A stretch of DNA of 64,000 nt from the human T2T-CHM13v2.0 reference genome, Homo sapiens. The notes beneath the pieces were generated by a model, which was not told the origin of the DNA, did no database searches, and saw only the letters and a program-made list of their open reading frames with translations. Of the stretch, positions 1 to 15,295 are shown piece by piece (position 1 is the stretch's first letter; the number at the start of each line of letters is the position of its first letter). Position numbers and translations under genes: made by a program. The DNA lies in assembly GCA_009914755.4 (NCBI GenBank), contig CP068257.2, positions 27,296,001 to 27,360,000 on the forward strand, in the 5' to 3' direction.

Positions 1-317
1 TACTGCCTCACCCATGCCCTAGTCCTTTGCTCATGTCTACCCCAATAGTCTCCTCTACCATTCATTTGAATCCAAACTGTTTGCCAACAGATCATGCTAT
101 AGATTGTGGTCAGAGCAATTTCAAAGATTTTAACTCTGATCATGCTACTGCCTGAATGAAAAATGTTCAGTGGCTGAATTGTACCACTTTAGACCGTTAT
201 TTGAGGCCCTTCCCAACATACCTCTTATTCACCGTTGATTCTATTCACCCTTGGGACTCCTACGCATTATTTGGGTTGGAGTACTGCATTATTTATCATT
301 TCCTGGGCAACGACTGA

Positions 318-752
<435 letters not shown>

Positions 753-1019
753 TAAAATCTCACTTAATCCCCTCAGCCAGATGAATCTTTCCCACTCAGA
801 TCACAAGGCACTCTTTCTCTTAATATGCTACTACTTTCCAATGCAAAAATAATTATCAGTCTCGCTCTTTTCCCTTTATTAGACTGTATGTTATTACAGG
901 ACAAGAATCTGGTCCTACTAAACTGTTCATATCCTTGGTGACTGGGACACAGTGCTTGGCATCTGTAAGTATTCCAGTACAGATTTTGAATGAACTAATG
1001 AATGCTCAAAAACTATTTG

Positions 1020-1518
<499 letters not shown>

Positions 1519-1607
1519 TAATACAGTGTGTGAATGAAATTATACCACTGTTTCAATCCACGCATGAAGTAATGTTGAGATTTGACACACAAATTAGAAA
1601 ATAAAAT

Positions 1608-1697
1608 AGGCTGGTCTTGAACTCCTGGGCTCAAGTGATCCTCCCACCTTGGCCTCCCAAAGCGTTGGGATTAAGGCATGAGCCACGACTCCTGGCC
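1608..1697 (-). mobile_element. Alu fragment (minus orientation)
   Basis: 'ggctggtcttgaactcctgggctcaagtgatcctcccacc...gattaaggcatgagccac'. Confidence 0.75.
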
Positions 1698-1809
1698 ACC
1701 AGTTTCTATAAATTCTGAGTTAAGAGCTACAGTCTGTTATGATATTAACAATGACAGACATACCCAATATTAAAACAACTTTTCTAGAGAAAGTCAAGAC
1801 AATACTAAC

Positions 1810-2030
1810 CGTCATGCCATTAAATAGTTGTGTACTTGTTTGTACAGAAGATATTTCTTGAAAAGAAAGAACACTGCTGACATACTTGCTTGTAAATCTA
1901 TCCACAATATTGAAAACACGCTTCTCACTGCTATTCCACCACAACCTAACCATGGCAGGCAAGTCTTTTAATGTCATATGATAGACTGAACAAGCCAAGT
2001 GTGGAATGTGGTATGGAAGCATTGTTGTTT
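1810..2030 (-). CDS. LTN1: LTN1 downstream coding exon (number uncertain). Starts with 2 nt, then 73 codons: [73 protein letters not shown]
   Basis: Acceptor ttttcctcag|AA, donor ACG|gttagt. Phase matches the upstream exon 3228–3399 (its trailing G + AA gives GAA). Confidence 0.65.
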
Positions 2031-2260
2031 CTGAGGAAAAAACAAATTATTGATTAGTAACATATATTTCTTATATAGAATAACAGACTAATATTAGTAT
2101 TTTCTTTAGAAAGTGATCCTTAATTTCTCAACAATAGTGCTATAGCTCATAAAAACAAACATACCAGAGAAACCAGAACTCTGGAGTATGAGCATCTTTC
2201 CACACATTCAAAATGAACCATAAGAATGGCAAAAGAATTTTTTTTTAAAGTGAAAATCCC

Positions 2261-2668
<408 letters not shown>

Positions 2669-3227
2669 TTAAAGATGCTTGCTGTTATAAATTATGAAAA
2701 GGAGTTTGGCCTCCTTTACTTTCCCCAGAGCTTGCTGAACTGCTGTGCAGAAGTCTTGGAATACCCAACTCAATACTCACAAGATGCAGTCCATCCTCAG
2801 ATCTCCAAGGCATTTAAAAAACTCATATTCTTAGTAAATTGTTTCCAATACTGTAGTACAACCAGATACATGCATATCTGTCCTCTCAGCTCACATGTGA
2901 GCTCCCAGAATGAAATGTTATTCAACTTTATTTCCCCTGATTTATATGCCTATAAAATGTTATCACGTAAGAAATATTTGTTTACAGAGTCAAAAGTTAA
3001 TAGTCTCACCACACTAAGCTTCAAAAATGTATTAAATTCCTCACAGTCTTATGGGTAAAAACTAATTATTCATCCTATTTAGAGAAATATGGAAAATGGT
3101 CAATTTCAACATTCTCATAGCCAGGACCCACCTTTGGGGTTATTCTCCACATTCTCAGGGAAAAGTTTAATTCAACCTAGTCTGAATCTAGTGTCCAAGA
3201 AAGAACATAAACACATATCTTACTGAC

Positions 3228-3399
3228 CTCTAATACTCAGCTGGAGCTCCTCAGTAAAGAATGTTTTAGGGTCCTTATTTGGGACCTCAACTGCTGTCTC
3301 TGCATAGGTTGGATTTTCTGGCATAAGCCTGAACAGGTGATAGAGCAATTTATTCAAACTCTTTGTTTTCCGAAGATACATGGAATACAAAGCCCGAAG
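3228..3399 (-). CDS. LTN1: LTN1 downstream coding exon (number uncertain): [57 protein letters not shown] plus 1 nt
   Basis: Acceptor ttctttgctctccaccag|CTT, donor AGAG|gtcagt. Phase 0 entry matches exon 7922–8108, which ends on a complete codon. Confidence 0.65.
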
Positions 3400-4289
3400 C
3401 TGGTGGAGAGCAAAGAATTTGTTAGTAAACCAAATACACCAAGACAATTGGTATAAAAGAACAACTCAAAGTGTAACAAATTTCCTTTCCTCATAAACTA
3501 GCAGACATTCTATCCCCTCATTATTGTAACACATTTCTAATATCTTTCTCAAATTGTCTTCCTGTATTACAATGCACTCACCTTGGCTTAGAATGTCTGA
3601 GACAAGAAAATCTATTCACCATTCCCACAGATGACTCCCTCACTCTCCTCCCAAGTCTTCCATACATTCCTTCCACACCATTGCCCTTAACCTTTCAAAT
3701 TCCTGCTTAAAACTAATCCCATTTTTATGGCTGACCTCACCCTGTATCAAAAACTCCGACATCCCTTTACGACAGAGAGCACAAACTAGTGGTCCAAAAT
3801 GTCATGGGGGTCTTCTCAGAGTTGTTTTTTCAATCAGGAAATTTCACATAAAAATATGGATTTCTGATTTCTCTTTTAAAAACAGAAAAACGAGCCACCA
3901 GTGGGAGCACTGCAGGTATCTGTGTGAGACCCGTACTTCACAACTCCTGCTTTCCCTCCATAAAGCAGCTTGCATTTTCCACATTGACTTTGCAGTTCTT
4001 TGGTATCTGTATTGGTTTTAAGATAATTTCTACTATATCACATATCTCCTCACAGTACAAAGATATCATTTTCTTTCCCTTTTCTTTTTAAAAAATTTGT
4101 ATTTTTAATTTTTGTGGGTACACAGTAGATATTTATGGGGCATATGAGGTATTTTATAGGCATATAATATGTACTAGGGTAAGTGGGGTATTCATCACCT
4201 CAAGCATTTATCCTTTCTTTGTGTAAAATATAGCATTTTCTGAACACTATGAATACTTAAGTACAAGGATCAAGTCATAGGATTTGGAA

Positions 4290-4600
4290 TTGATTTTTAA
4301 AATATGTTGACCAAAGTGCTCTTATCATCAAACTTAACATCACTAATGAAGGATGAACATCCCAAATCTGAAAATCCAAAATCCAAAATGCTCCATAATC
4401 TAAAACTTGTTGAGCACCAACATGATGCTTAAAGGAAATGCTCCTGGAGCATTTCAGATTTTCGGATCTGGGATGCTCAACCAGTAAGTGTAACAAAAAT
4501 ATTCCAGAATCTGAAAAAATCTGAAATCAGAAACACTACTGGTCCCAGGCATTTTGGATAAGGGATACTCAACCTGTAAAAGAACACAATGACATTATAT
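4290..4600. repeat. Palindromic / inverted-arm interspersed repeat (MITE / DNA-transposon-like; family not assigned)
   Basis: Inverted arms '...aaatgctccataatctaaaac...' and '...ggagcatttcagattttcggatctgggatgctcaacc'; second half-copy at 4500–4580. Confidence 0.35.
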
Positions 4601-5199
4601 GGCTCCTGAGGTAAGACACTGAGAACACATAACAACTTGTGCAGTAAGTACTATTGCTAAAAATTAACCACAATCTAATGAGGAAACGATCAGACAAATT
4701 CACATTGTATGACAGGCTAAAAACAGCTGGCCAAAACAATGACAAGAAAGAAAAGAAAGGTATAGAAATTATAGGTTAAAGAAACTAAAGAAATATGACA
4801 AGCAAATACAAACATGATTCTTGATTGGATCTTCAATAGAGAAGAAAATAAAACTATAGAGATATTACTGGGACAACTGAAAGTATCTAAATAAAAATTA
4901 GATATTATTGCATCAAAATTAAATTTCTTGAGTATAAAAATTATATTATGCTTATGTAGAAACATGTCCGTGATCTTAGGAGATATATGCTTAAATACTT
5001 TTGGTAAAGCATCAAAATGTCTGCAACTTACTTTCAAGTAGATCAGCAGAAAAAAAGTAAATACAGAGAAAGTATGTGCAAATGTAGCAATATGTTAAAA
5101 GATGTATGTAACTTTTTTATCTAAAAGAGTATGTGATTTTCCATTGAATTATTCTTCCAACTTCATTGTTTAATTTTTCAAAACAAAAAGTTAGAGATT

Positions 5200-5720
5200 T
5201 TTAAAAAATTAATCACCAATATCAATGGACTTTTAAAAACACACATATACGACCCAGCAATCCCACTCCAAGGTATACAACACAAGTGAAAACATATTTC
5301 AACACAAAAGCTCGTACACGAATGTTCACAGCAGCTTTATTTTCAATAGCCAAAAAAAAGGAAACAACCTAAATGCCCATTAATGGATAAACAGATAGAT
5401 AAACAAAATGTGATAGATCTACAAAATGGAGTATTATTCAGCCACAAAAATAAATGCAATACTTATGATACATGCTTCAATTTGATAATCTTGAAAATAA
5501 TATACTAAAATAAAAGCCAGACACAAAAGACCAGATATGTGAAATGTCCAGAACAGGCAGATGCATAGAGACAGAACACAGTTTAATGGCTGTCAGGAGC
5601 TGCGGGGTTTGAGAGGAAATGGGAAGTGATTGCTATCAATTACAATGGGATGTTGAAAAGGTTCTAAAATTATATAGTGGTTAACAGTTGCACAACTCTG
5701 TGAATACAGTCAGCCCTCCA
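5200..5720 (+). mobile_element. L1 (LINE-1) 3' fragment (ORF2 C-terminus and 3' UTR)
   Basis: Encodes L1 ORF2-tail-like peptide (...CTRMFIAALF.IAK.WKQPKCP...YSAIK.NE...); typical L1 3'-end sequence. Confidence 0.7.
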
Positions 5721-6895
5721 CTTCCATGGGTTCCACATCTGAGAATTCAACCAATCGCAGATTGAAAACATTTGAGGGGCAAAAAAAGTGATTTAAAAAA
5801 ACCAATACAACAATAAAAATACTAAAAACTTTAATACAGTATAGCAACTATTTCAATAGCATTTACACTGTATCAGTGATAACTAATCTAGAGATGATTT
5901 TAAGTAGTATACAGGAAGATGTGCATAGGTTAGATGCAGATACTATATGCCATTTTATATAAGGAACTTGAGTATTCGCTGGGGTGGGGGTCATGGGAGG
6001 GAGCCTGGAAACAATCCCCAGCAGATATCAAGGGATGACTATATACTAAAAACACCAAACTGTGTATGCTAAGTGGGTAAATTTTATGGTATGTGCAATA
6101 TCTCAGTAAAGCTTTATAAAACAGACACAAAAACATACACATGTACGTATACAACTTTTTCCAGTTCAATCTGATTTGCTAGTTTTTTTGAGAAAAAAGT
6201 TAACCCATGATTTAGGAACATTTAAAGTTTTCCGAAGAAAAATTCTGTTTATTTCAGGATTCATCTAATTAGTATTACTTAGTGGGTTATTCTGGTTTAT
6301 CTGCCCACAGCTCAGTTCAAGTTTCAGACTCAATAATAATAAATGCTGCCGTATAATTTTGCACCCTAACCCAATCCCAGCTTAATGAAAAAGGTGACAC
6401 ATGGCCATTTTCCTAATTTCTGAATATAAAATGAGAACAAAACTCTTATACACAAATGCCTCAATCTGCTGCTATTTTTTAAAGATCAACAATATTTTAA
6501 GAAATTGATGTAAAAGCCAAATAAGGAGCTCTTGAAATATATCATCAGCAAATAAAACTAGCTTAAGTCACAAAAATAAGTGACAGGCCTAAAGAGAAAA
6601 CTAATCTATTTAACAGCTAGATCAATGCTGCTTCTGTGATTTGACTTTTCCCCACAGATATACAAATGCAAAGATGCAAAAATTGATATCTTTGTACCAG
6701 GGTATAGGGTATGAGCAACAACATAAATTATAATTTAAAAATTCCAAAAAGTCACATTGGAAATGAATGCCATGAATACTTAATCACACTAAATGATAAA
6801 CTAAATCTTTTTGTATTGACCTGTCAAAAGAAGGCACATATTTTATTAGGCTAATTCAATCAAAGATTGACAGAGATTTGGATCTTCCTTGTTCT

Positions 6896-6985
6896 TTTTG
6901 AGACAGGGTCTGGCTCTGTCGCCCAGGCTTGAGTGCAGTGGCACGATCTCAGCTCACTGCAACCTCCACTTCCCTGGCTCAAACT
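6896..6985 (-). mobile_element. Alu fragment
   Basis: 'tttttgagacagggtctggctctgtcgcccaggcttgagtgcagtggcacgatctcagctcactgcaacctcc'. Confidence 0.7.
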
Positions 6986-7488
6986 ATCTTCAAGTGGGGA
7001 TCCTTCTAAAAGAAAAACTAGAGAGATCTTTCCAGTTTCTTCTTGGACAAGGTCTTACTTCCTAAACATGAGACAACAGAGACATCTAGTGGCTGCTAGA
7101 ATAATTTGGACAAAATATTTCAGATATTTTCACCACTTAGGTAACAGTTTGAATTATTACATAGGTAATGTTTCACAGATCTCTCTCCAAACAGTGATTT
7201 TCAAGTAAGGTAAATTTCCAATGATGTATTAAGTTATATCTCCACAACAGAGTGACAAACTGACTCCCTCCGAAAAAAAAACAAAAAACACAAGATCCAA
7301 TTCTTTTGAAATCATTACTATGATAGTACAAAATTAAATTATATAAATATTATTTCCTGAAATAAAAGAACCTGGTGACTACATTCAGTTAGAAAAAAGT
7401 TGATCTGGCCACCTATCAGAGTAATTACTTTTGCTTGGAAGGTAAGGTATAAGGGACAGGAGTAAACTTATTAAGCAGATGGAAGTTA

Positions 7489-7800
<312 letters not shown>

Positions 7801-7921
7801 TTTAAAAGATGAGATTAAAACATAAGGATTTTCCTTTTATTAAACTGAAAGGAAGGTATTTAGAACAGTATCAGAAGCATATTAGGACAGAACTATCGAA
7901 AGTTGTCACATATTTATTTAC

Positions 7922-8108
7922 CTGTGATGATGCAGCTTTGAAGAAAGTTAGTATTAATTTCCAAGTGAGAAGGTATCCCAGAACATAACAGAAGTCTTCA
8001 CTCAGTGGTTTAATAGTAACTATCTGTCCAACAGGAATACACCCCAAAACATTTTCTAGTAAGTCCTCTTGAATGCTAAGAAGAGACATCAGTGCTGCTG
8101 GTGGTGAC
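7922..8108 (-). CDS. LTN1: LTN1 downstream coding exon (number uncertain). 1 nt then 62 codons: [62 protein letters not shown]
   Basis: Acceptor tcattgattcttag|G, donor CACAG|gtaaat. Phase matches exon 10371–10608 (its trailing AA + G gives AAG). Confidence 0.65.
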
Positions 8109-10370
8109 CTAAGAATCAATGATTAAACACCACAAGTTTTCTTTATAATTCATTCCTTAACAAATTGACAGTACTTGTAAACTTCAAGCATTTTAGAAAA
8201 ATTTCTCTGTTTTCCAAAAAACGTTTTAAAAATTCCCCTCTATTGAGCCAATTTTAACTCCTAATCTCACATAACAGTAAAATAAAAAAGACATATTATA
8301 GCACTTGAAGGAAAGACATTTTTAGAAAACGTCTCTTTCAATTTTCTAAGTGAAAAAAAATCACACACCCAGAGAAGCCAAATGATGAGTCCAACGTCTT
8401 TCAGTTAGTAGGGGAAACTGTTAGGGATTCTAAATCCTACCCGGCCTTTTATCATCTTATAAAAGACAAAGTGAAGATTAAGACTTCGAACTTTGTCACT
8501 TCATTCTAGTTTCTATTTTATTGCATATTATCTACTTAGTACTATTAAGAAATATCACAATGATACTATTAATCGGATAAACACAGAAAATAATTATGTG
8601 CCTGTTTAAAAAAATCATGATTGTAATCTTTTTAGGAAAATAAATGTACCATTCAGATTAATTCACAACAATGTAAGTTAATTTTCTTCTTTATTGAACT
8701 ACTCTACTCATTTATACTTTCAGGTGAACTTATGAGATTCTCAAAAAGTAAAATACTTAACTCTCTTCTCCATGATACTCTAGCCTGGTTCTCTCCTTTC
8801 ACTTCTGTGATCGTTCTTCCCTTGTGGCTTCCTTCTCCCAGCCCACAAGTACAGGCCTTCTCCAAACTTCTGCTCTTAGGTCTTTTCCTTCAACACCTCC
8901 ATCTCATGTACCCAGCCTTCTATATTCCATACTGATAGTCACTAGATCTTATAAAATACCAGCTCCAAAATCTCTCCACTTTTCACATTGCCCTCCATGC
9001 ATTGTTATTTAACTTCTGCAATCAGCTCCACCTCTGCTTGCTTCTTTTTACAATTCATGTTTCACATTAGTGTCAGAATCGGCTGGTGGCGCCCTATCTC
9101 CTACCAAGTAATGACCAAATCCCCCCAAAAAAGTCATTTTTAAGGCCATTTATTATAGGCCAGGAAGCATTCTGGCCTACAGCATTCTAGCCTATTTCTC
9201 TCTCAGAAATAAGAGAGAGAAATTCCTGCCCTCACAGAACTTACATTCCAGTAAAGAAAGATATTATCAATAAAACTATACATTAAGTGGTAACTACTCA
9301 ATATTCCCCAAGCACATCCTCACATTCATGACTCAGTGCCTTTGTACATGATGTTCTCTTAACTTATGTTGTCTTTCCTGTCCTGCAGAAATGCTACCTA
9401 ACCTTAAAGGTCCAGTTTAAATGCCTCTTCCTCAAAAGAAAGTCTTCCCTTCCTGATGTACATTAATTGTGCCCTCATAACATGCTATCTTATATAGGCC
9501 TAACTGACCTTTAAAAAAAAGTTATCTATCCTTTTTCTTAGCACTTATCATATACTATATTTTCCATAACGCTACAGTATCATCTGTATCAGATAAATTC
9601 CTTAAGGAAAAGAAAGTGCTCACTAAACACTGCATATTCCCCTCAGCATTTAATTAATACTCTGCACAAAGTGGATGCTCAATAGATACTTGAACCGATA
9701 CACTCTTTCCACAGCCACCATATGGCCAAAGATAGTTTTACTGAACAGTAGCAAACGGAAAATGTGATTTAAGAACAATTAAGAGAGTGACACAATCTTT
9801 TGGGTGAAATCTATATTTCATTTATATCTTACAGATAACTAAAAAGATCTATCTGTAGAATGAATATAACTCTATAGCTTCTGTGCTGCTTCAGTCCTCT
9901 AAAGACATTATAAGTGAGATGGATTATAAGAATTTAATAAAACAAATTATTTAAAAAAACCTTACAAGGCTGGCTCTTCTTCTTCATCTCCGTATGACTT
10001 TAGATTATCCTGATCATACTGTGGTAATTCAGGCATCAATCTAGAAATTAGAACATTATTTTTAAATATGTGATATTAAACTGTTTATTAAGTCGTGCTC
10101 AAGAGCAGAAAAACCAATACTTATTTTATAATGAGTAAATGTTTTAATGAGTTTTCTTTAAAATAACTACTATAGCCAGGACTATTGAAATATAAATTGT
10201 GTATAGAGAACAATAACCTAAAAGATGAGGCAACTTAGGGTCCCTATAAGTGAAGCAGTCAGATCTCCTTCTTTTAAAAATTTTACTTTAAATAATTAAA
10301 AGTAAAAACTAAGCATATATTCTATTTTTTTAGACCACTGTAACATTGATTCAATTGGATGAATTCTTAC

Positions 10371-10608
10371 TTGTATAGCATATGATAAACAGCAATTTGC
10401 ACAGGCCTAGCTCTGAAGAGGAGTAATGGGGCCAATGTATTTAACAAAGTCTGGAGATATTCTGGTAAGTTTGTTTTTTGGTCAGCAACTAATCTTGCAG
10501 GAAGTTTGTGACTCAATAGCTGTTCCTTTGAGATATACGTTAATGTTTCACACATGGGTTTCAGCATTGCATTCTGAAAGGATGTTTCAGACACATCTTT
10601 GTTTTCTC
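10371..10608 (-). CDS. LTN1: LTN1 downstream coding exon (number uncertain). 2 nt then 78 codons [78 protein letters not shown], then 2 nt
   Basis: Acceptor tttctttcctttttgtcattag|GA, donor CAA|gtaaga. The 2-nt entry phase is satisfied only if the upstream exon uses its GC donor at 11100. Confidence 0.65.
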
Positions 10609-11100
10609 CTAATGACAAAAAGGAAAGAAACATGCACGTCTCAAAAGAAAGTTAGTATAGCTTAAATGATTCACAAACAATCAAATTTAAGATTTAAGAA
10701 ATCTTTTAAGAAAATGAAATAAAAACTAGACATAAACAATAAAGCAGTCTTAACTAGAAACATGAACTGAATATATATTCCAGTTAATCTCAACTGTTTT
10801 AATGACTTTTATCTGATCCAGCAAATGTTCAATAGCAAGGTTCTATTCACATCATCCATTCATGTTATCTGAAGTATTATTATTTTAATTTGCAACAGTC
10901 ATTGGATACCTTGCCATTTTTCAATTTCTGTCTGTAAAGTAAAGCATAGATGATGCTTCTGAGAAGCCAAGCTTTCTCTTCTGGCTTTTTCTTTTACTAT
11001 TTAGTATTATTTGATTTAAACATCAAAATTTTTGCTTTTGAATTTTTCAGTAAGTCATTTCCAATGAATCAATCTCACTATTATTCCCTTTTTCACTTGC

Positions 11101-11314
11101 CTGTAACAGTCACCAAAATAGGTAAAAGCAAACTGTGGATGCCTTGGGAAAAAAATTCTTTCCATTCACTGATTAGATTTACAGGAAGATTGCCAATGGT
11201 ATCCAGAGTTGTGGAATCAAAGAAAGCACTGAGGTCACAGGCCAAATCACAGCTGACACAGGCAAACAGTTGCACAAGTGGAATAGAATACAATGCCTGA
11301 TTCTCACTTGTTGT
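11101..11314 (-). CDS. LTN1: LTN1 downstream coding exon (number uncertain): [71 protein letters not shown] plus 1 nt; uses a GC donor
   Basis: Acceptor ttattgttttttcag|ACA. Donor ACAG|GCAAGT is a non-canonical GC–AG donor with in-frame TGA immediately after. The alternative GT donor at 11183 (CCT|gtaaat) breaks phase with the next exon. Confidence 0.55.
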
Positions 11315-11657
11315 CTGAAAAAACAATAAAAATGAAATAGGTAAACAGACTTCTACCAGAACACTACAAATAAAGCCAATATAAAGAAAAGCCCCACTTT
11401 CATTTCTTTGAATTTTAAAACGAAAAGCAGTTGAGGTGTGTAATCTCAGGAGAAACATAAAATTTTACATCAAAATAACTTTTTTCTTCAAAATTAAATA
11501 CCATGAATAGAATCATTAATAAACAATTTATTCTCAAGTACCCTTTTTAATTTCTAACCCATGGAAGGAAACACTAAGTCAGACACATTAAATACACATT
11601 TATAATCTTCTCAGTAGCCCTACAAGTTGTAAGTTATTATTTTAAAATAAGAAAATC

Positions 11658-11945
<288 letters not shown>

Positions 11946-12524
11946 AAAAAAAAGAAAGAAAGAAAGAAAGAAAACTGAGTCTCAAATAGTTTAAGTTTAA
12001 AACTCTAAGTCACATAGCTAATAGCAGGCAAAGCAGAGATTCAGACCAATCCAACCCTGACTGACTTGCTGCCTTGGAGCCCACAAGTAATATACCTCTG
12101 GTTGCTTTGGGTCAAAAATTACACTAATTCCCTCTGAATCTGCTACTATTTAATGCATTACTCTCACAATATTCACACAGTATGTTTTAGAAATAATCTA
12201 ATTATAACCAAAAAAGACCAAAATAATTGTCATTAACAGATAAAACCTGAAAGGGCTGTGCTGCAAATATTACAATAAGCTAATGGAGAAGGCATTTTAA
12301 TAACAGGAGATTTGGTCACTGAATGATGCTGGTAGTCATTAAAAATCTATCATTTTACTATTCTGTCAAATAGTAGCTGGTAAGAAGAACATCTATAAAG
12401 TGTTTTAAATTATACAAAGGAACCAATTACAATCATCACTTAAAGAATGAGATTAGTAAATAGTTCTGATGCAAAAGTATGTACAAAAACCCACAAGAGG
12501 TGATGACATATCGGGTTAATTTAC

Positions 12525-12571
12525 CTCCAACCAAGCCAACATGGAGCACATGATGAAGTCCCACTCACTCT
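12525..12571 (-). CDS. LTN1: Candidate small LTN1 exon (..[15 protein letters not shown]), low confidence
   Basis: Good acceptor (ctcatcccctttggcag|) and donor (GAG|gtaaat); 15-codon open frame exiting in phase 0, as exon 11314 requires. Cannot be verified without the cDNA. Confidence 0.2.
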
Positions 12572-14633
12572 CTGCCAAAGGGGATGAGCAGTATTTCAGA
12601 AATAGGGAAAGAAACCGGATTATTTCTATATTTACACCCAGTACCTCTGGACTTGCTTCTGATAGATTACTGTGATAAAGATAAAAACAAAAGACAATAA
12701 AAGATTATATTGACATTCAATTAGAAAGTATGCTACTTTAAATCTTACATACTTATTTATAACTGACTTAAATGTCTACCATAATTTCTCTACAAAATTG
12801 TGACACAGATACGTAATCTTTGTCTGAATTGTATACTGAAGGAAAAACATAGTATAAAGTATCACCTACCAACTGAAAAGAAAAATATCTTCATGCTCTT
12901 TCTTCCAGGATATTATGATTTTTAATATTCCATGTAATAGCTCTCCATCATCTATACTTTTGGTTTGCAGACAAGAATTGAAAATGGCAAGATGTCCAAA
13001 ACCTCCTAAAGTAAAATTCAAAATGAAAATTAAAAATATTTAAGAACTATATCGCTACTATTAAAAAAAAGTCCACTTTGAGAAGTAAAAGACTTTCTTG
13101 AGAAGTGTTCAGGTTAAGAACTCTAATAATGACTTTTATCTAAGAGTCAACAAATGAGCTTATAAGCTCCAAAGGGCAGAGACCCTGTCTCCAAACCCAG
13201 CACCTAGCACACAATAGAGAATTTGGGGGAGGAGAAAGAGTGAATGATGCTGTAATTTAAACTGACTTATGCTGTTTTTGTTTTGGTTTCTTAAGTGCAG
13301 GACATATTCAGCAAACTCATCATTCAAATAAAAAAAACCCTACAGCTACAGAGTAGCTGGAAACAGCAAATGGAAAATAGAACATACTGTTTCATAATTT
13401 ATACATTCATTCACTCAATAGCAGCTAGTACATGTGGTAAACTCTGATGTGGACTCACTCTTTAGAATCTCTACCATTCCTCAAAATCCATCCACTGGTG
13501 TATCTTAACACCCTCTGTCCCCAACCTTCTATCTTACATACCAGCCAAAATGAACAATCTGTACCCTTGTATGTTTTTGTGTACCTGGAATGCCCTTCCC
13601 CAACTATGTCCATATGGAAAACTATTTATCCTTCAACACCCAGTAGAAATACTTCTCTTTGTGAAATTGCCACTAACACCCTCAAAGCAGAGTGGAAACT
13701 CCTTCCTTTCTGCCACTTCTATACATAGCACATCTTTTTGCTACATCGGTTATCACATAATACAACTTTATGTTTGTCTTCTCTACAATAGGAACTACCA
13801 TGTAGCAGGTGCTCATAAATGTTTATTAAATTAATAAACAAATGAAAAGTGCAGTGTTTTAAATACAACAGACGCTATTTTTGCCTTTATATGTTCAATC
13901 ATTGATTGGCTAGGGAGAAATGAGGCACAGCTTTAAAAAGCTATAGATAGAAAAGAAATGGTTAGAAGGTATTTCTGGGCGTAAGTCTTCCCTTAAGGCC
14001 CAGCATTTTTGTACTGTAAAATGGTAACAGCCTCTGTCTAACAACACTCATCCATATAATCTCAGAACAAATCAGCTGTAATTCAATTTACCTCTGCTAG
14101 ATGTGGTCTTATATATTAGAAACAGTTCTTCATCTCAAGCAATAATTAAATTAATGAAATATTTATTATCAAGCAACTAACCATTAGTGCTGCAAAGATC
14201 TTTCTTAGTCCAGCCCAAAAGAGCAGGTATACATTGAGCACTAAATTCTTTCTTTTCTTCTTTTGACAAAAATGGACATAGACTTTGAATGGTATGCAAA
14301 TTGCCTTCAGTTAGTGGAAAAAAACTGTTTAAAGAAAAAAAAAACACAAGTTAGATTTCTTCCAAACATACAGTTATTTTATATATTTCTTTTATTTAGA
14401 CTACTGAAAAAGATAGATGAATAATTCTATCACATATAATTACATAAAAAGAAACTATGATAGATTTAACAAGTGCTGACTTGATGAAATTGGTTTTTTT
14501 TGCTCCTTTTCTCTTTTCTGCATAAATTTTTTAAATGAGCATATATAACTTTTCCCCATATATGATTTTTTAAAATTATACTAGCCACATGACATTATGT
14601 CCTCTTTTAAAAAAAAAAAAAAAAGAGTCAATT

Positions 14634-14951
<318 letters not shown>

Positions 14952-14959
14952 TTAAATAA

Positions 14960-15295
<336 letters not shown>

